Origin: Octopus sinensis
Taxonomy: Eukaryota
Assembly (NCBI RefSeq): GCF_006345805.1
Contig: NC_042998.1
Coordinates: 143,344,001-143,408,000, forward strand
DNA: 64,000 nucleotides
Direction: 5' to 3'
Positions 59,626 to 64,000 of the stretch are shown piece by piece (the stretch's first letter is position 1; every line of letters starts with the position of its first letter). A program made the translations under genes and the position numbers. The notes beneath the pieces are model-generated. The model was given only the letters and a program-made list of their open reading frames with translations. It ran no database searches and was not told where the DNA came from.

Positions 59626-59877
59626 GTGTGTGTATGTGCGTGTGTATACCTAAGCCTTTTTTTAGTTTTAAATGGATACTCTCCAACGAACAAACATATG
59701 CACACATACACACATACACAAAATCAAATTTAAACAAATGCTGTCGCACACACTCACACACACATACATAAAAACACATCGCATATATACGCACATACAT
59801 GCTTACACGCATATATAGTTCAGCAATACTTAATTTTTACGCATGCACTCACATACACATGCACTCACAAATGAACA

Positions 59878-60235
59878 AAGAAGAAGAGGAGGAGGAAGAA
59901 GAAGAAGAAGAAGAAGAAGAAGACGAAGAAGAAGAAGAAGAAGAAGAAGAAGAAGAAGAAGAAAAAGAAGAAGAAAAAGAAGAAGAGGAGGAGGAGGAAG
60001 AAGAAAAAGAAGAAGAAAAAGAAGAAGAAAAAGAGGAGGAAGAAGAAGAGGAAAAAGAAGAGGAAAAAGAAGAAGAAAAAGAAGAAGAAAAAGAAGAAGA
60101 AAAAGAAGAGGAGGAGGAGGAAGAAGAAGAAGAGGAGAAGGAGGAAAAAGAAGAAGAGGTGGAAGAAGAAAGAAAAGTGGAGGAGGAGGAAGAAGAAGAT
60201 AAGAAAAGAAGAAAGACGGAAAGAAAGAAGGAAAG
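59878..60235. repeat. (GAA/GAG)n purine tract
   Basis: Direct inspection. Confidence 0.95.
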
Positions 60236-61123
60236 AAACAATTTCTTAACATACATTATGTTATGGACATGAAAAAAAATTGGAATACACATAAACACAT
60301 ATACATACACACACTCACGTAAACACATAAAAGCATACACACACATAAACACACACACATACGAAATGCGAATATAAATTTGCAAATCAAAAATGCATAT
60401 TAACACGATTGCAACAACCAATGCAATGTAATAATGTACAATGCATTAAATTCAAAGAGACACACATCAACCATCTTTCGTAACAATATTAGCATCACTC
60501 TCCTCCCACTACTCTCTTACATGCCCTTCACTCATCCTACCCCTCTCCTGTACAATTCCTCCCACTATTCTTCTTCTTCTTCTTCTTCTTCTTCTTCTTC
60601 TTCTTCTTCTTCTTCTTCTTCTTCTCTTCTTCTTCTTCTTCATTCGCCTCCTGATCCTTTCTCTTCCTTCCCCCCCTTCGTCTGCTTCTGGCTTTTCTTC
60701 CTCGCCTTCGTCGTCGTCATTGTTGTCGTCTGCTACTTCTTATTTTCTTTATTCTTTTTATTCCCCTCTCTTCTACCTTCACCTGCCTCTCACTCCTCAC
60801 GTTCTCACTCCTCTCTCTCTCCAAAAGCCAACCACTGCATCAAGTGGAGACTACTCACCTTCCTTTTGGAGGATGTCGTCTGCACATGCTTGCTGCAGTT
60901 GCAATGGCGGCTCTCTTTCTGCCTTTCTTCATTCATATCGCTCTATACCCACCATCCCCAGCTTTCTCTTTATCTATATCTCTGTCGATCAATAAATCGA
61001 TCAATCGATCTGTCTGTTTTATTCTTTTCTTATCGCATTCTCTGTCGTAATTTCTCTGTCGTTATTCCTACATTTCTTTCTTATTTTTTCATTCATCTTT
61101 CTTTCCTTCCTTCCTTCCTTCCT

Positions 61124-61178
<55 letters not shown>

Positions 61179-61514
61179 CCCATTATTCTTCCTTTCCGTT
61201 CTTTTCTTCTTTCTTCCTTTCATTCATTAAATCTTTTTCTTTTTCCTTTCATTCTCTTTGCTTTCTTTCTTTCTTTCATTCACTCCTTTATTTTCTAGCC
61301 TTTCTTTATTAAATATCGTACTGATTTTAAATTTCACATGCATACTTATTCATGAATCTATAGGCATATATGTACGTATATATATGTACGTATATATATG
61401 AGGGTATGTATGTATGCATATATACATACATGCATACATACATATACATACATACACAATATATGCGTGTGTATATATCTATGTGTGAACCTACCGCTTT
61501 TATTATATGTATGC

Positions 61515-61581
<67 letters not shown>

Positions 61582-62044
61582 ATATATGTGTGTGTGTGTG
61601 GTGTGTGTGTGTGTGTGTATGTATGTATACATATACATATATATGTATTTAATGACATACAAACACATATAAATTTTTATAATGTAATAAATCTCCGTTA
61701 GTATAAACGAAGATTTAGTTGTTCGATTATCTATATTACCTTTACATTGAATTAACATGCAAACTAGCTGAGTATTCCTCGGACATGCTTACCATCAATG
61801 TAATTCTCAATAGCGTAACACATTGCGTAACAAGGGTGTACCTTTGAAGTAGAGGTACAGACCACTCTACCGGCTTCCGTACAGTTTCTTTTTAACTGTT
61901 TCACTCTCAAGGTGAGTCGATTCAAGGCCACTGAAAATGCTATTTTCCCAAGATGCGACGCCATAAGATCGAACCCTAATTTTGTAAAGTGGACATCTTA
62001 ACTATTCGACCATATTATATACATGCATGTATACATATATATTC

Positions 62045-62382
62045 TTTTAATCTTTTATTTGTTTCAGTCATTTGACTGCGACCATGCTAGAGCACTGCCT
62101 TTAGTCGAACAAATCGACCCCAGGATTTATTCCTTGTAAGCCTAGTACTTATTGGATCGGTCACTTATGCCGAAGCGCTAAGTTACGGGCACATAAATAA
62201 GCGATAGTGAGGGACAAACACAGACACACAGACACACAGACACAGACACACATACACACACACACACACATATATGTCTACAAAATCCACTCACAAGGCT
62301 TTAGTCGGTCCGAGGCTATAGTAGAAGACACATACCCAAGGAGCCACGCAGTGGGACTGAACCCAGAACTATGTGGTTGGTG
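62045..62382 (-). mobile_element. SINE of the 31365 family
   Basis: Same tail, core and GGTTCAGTCCC B box. Confidence 0.75.
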
Positions 62383-62496
62383 GAGTTTCATCATGGCTAC
62401 CGAAAAATTGTCTCATATTACATTTACAGATAAATTCCTCTATTTACATAATATCGCGGTCTCTTTCATTCTTTGGCTGTCTTGCCATTTCTATCA

Positions 62497-62537
<41 letters not shown>

Positions 62538-62613
62538 TGTCCGACGAACGGGAATGTGAAGCTCTGAGTAACAGCTTTTGTTATATTTCTACTGCTTTTA
62601 AATCAAGTGTGTA

Positions 62614-62720
<107 letters not shown>

Positions 62721-62723
62721 TAT

Positions 62724-62756
<33 letters not shown>

Positions 62757-62802
62757 CTATATATATATATATACATACATATATATGTATATATTCATTG
62801 AT

Positions 62803-62848
<46 letters not shown>

Positions 62849-63007
62849 GATGACAGACTGACGCAGCTCCACAAAGTTTCGTGGACGTGTTTTCCATCGA
62901 GGTTGTTGAGTCAAAGTGCTATTAAATACATAGAACTCTAACCAAATCTGTTGTGTACCACTTTCTTTGTTCACTCACATGTGTATACAAGCACATACAC
63001 ACATGCA

Positions 63008-63040
<33 letters not shown>

Positions 63041-63141
63041 TCATATATACATTAAATAATAATATGCACACATACATATAAACATATATGTATAATATAC
63101 ACAACCACATGTATACATCTATCTACCTGTCTATCTGTCTG

Positions 63142-63237
<96 letters not shown>

Positions 63238-63623
63238 CCTACCTACCTACCTACCTACCTACCTACCTACCTACCCAGTTCCTATTTGTCTTCTATTTAT
63301 ATAGTAATGTCTTAGCCTTCGTTGTAGTGGTATATTTTTGTTTTAAAATTCCTTTTCTCATCTTATCGTCATTTCTTCCCCTACCGCCCCTCCAACAATA
63401 CCTTCTTCCTTTCTTTCTTTCTTTCTTTAAGTTTTCTTATTTCACTAGAACTATGTTGCACCTACTGTCGCTATTGGCAACAGCATTAATGGCTATCCAT
63501 TTCGAAAGTCAGTCTGATGGTGTGATGTAATGCATATATAGGTAATAATGAATTTTCCCACTACACTGTGGCGTTTCCGTGCGTGAGTATGTTCGTGTGT
63601 GTGTGTGTGTGTGTGTGAAAGAT

Positions 63624-63661
<38 letters not shown>

Positions 63662-63881
63662 TGTGTGTGTGTGTGACAGAGAAAGCGCGGGAGGGAGAGA
63701 GGGAGAGGAGAGATAGGAACAAAAGTGTGAGTTAAGAGAAAATCAGCAGAGTGGGAAAGAGAGACAGGGAGAGAGTGAGAGAGAGAAAAAGGGAGAGGGG
63801 AAGGGAGAGAGTGGGAAGGAGAGAGAGGGAAGGAGAGAGAGTGAGAGTATGTGTGTGAAAGAGAATGTGATAGATTGGTAA

Positions 63882-63961
<80 letters not shown>

Positions 63962-64000
63962 ATTGATTGATCGACTGATTGATTGATAGAGAGATAGATG

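Noticed and set aside
59799-61312. Poly-Glu, poly-Ser and Phe/Leu-rich ORFs
   Set aside because: Encoded by (GAA)n, (TTC)n and (TTTC)n repeats.

Overview
AT-rich, microsatellite-dense eukaryotic DNA, probably from an octopus or other cephalopod. This is inferred from the GC-rich expansion segments in an 18S remnant and from the SINE and microsatellite landscape. No host protein-coding gene is recognisable, and most ORF-track entries are translated microsatellites. The window is a retroelement graveyard: Penelope-like elements (PLEs; RT + GIY-YIG), a near full-length L1/Tx1-type LINE in (TATC)n, R4/Dong-type RLE LINEs in (TAA)n, tRNA-derived SINEs, hAT MITEs, a Helitron and a foldback element with a TTAGGG core. 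Two structures stand out. (1) A 6.1-kb non-coding array of about 600-bp units (20287-26439) flips orientation at about 24450. Each complete unit carries a type I hammerhead ribozyme motif with a palindromic stem III and a very long stem II. It looks like a retrozyme/circular-RNA concatemer and lies between two inward-facing PLEs, with further unrelated hammerhead motifs nearby. (2) An internally deleted ETS-18S-ITS1-5.8S-ITS2 rDNA fragment is fused between inverted PLE endonuclease fragments. All structures were read by eye; no folding or database search was run.
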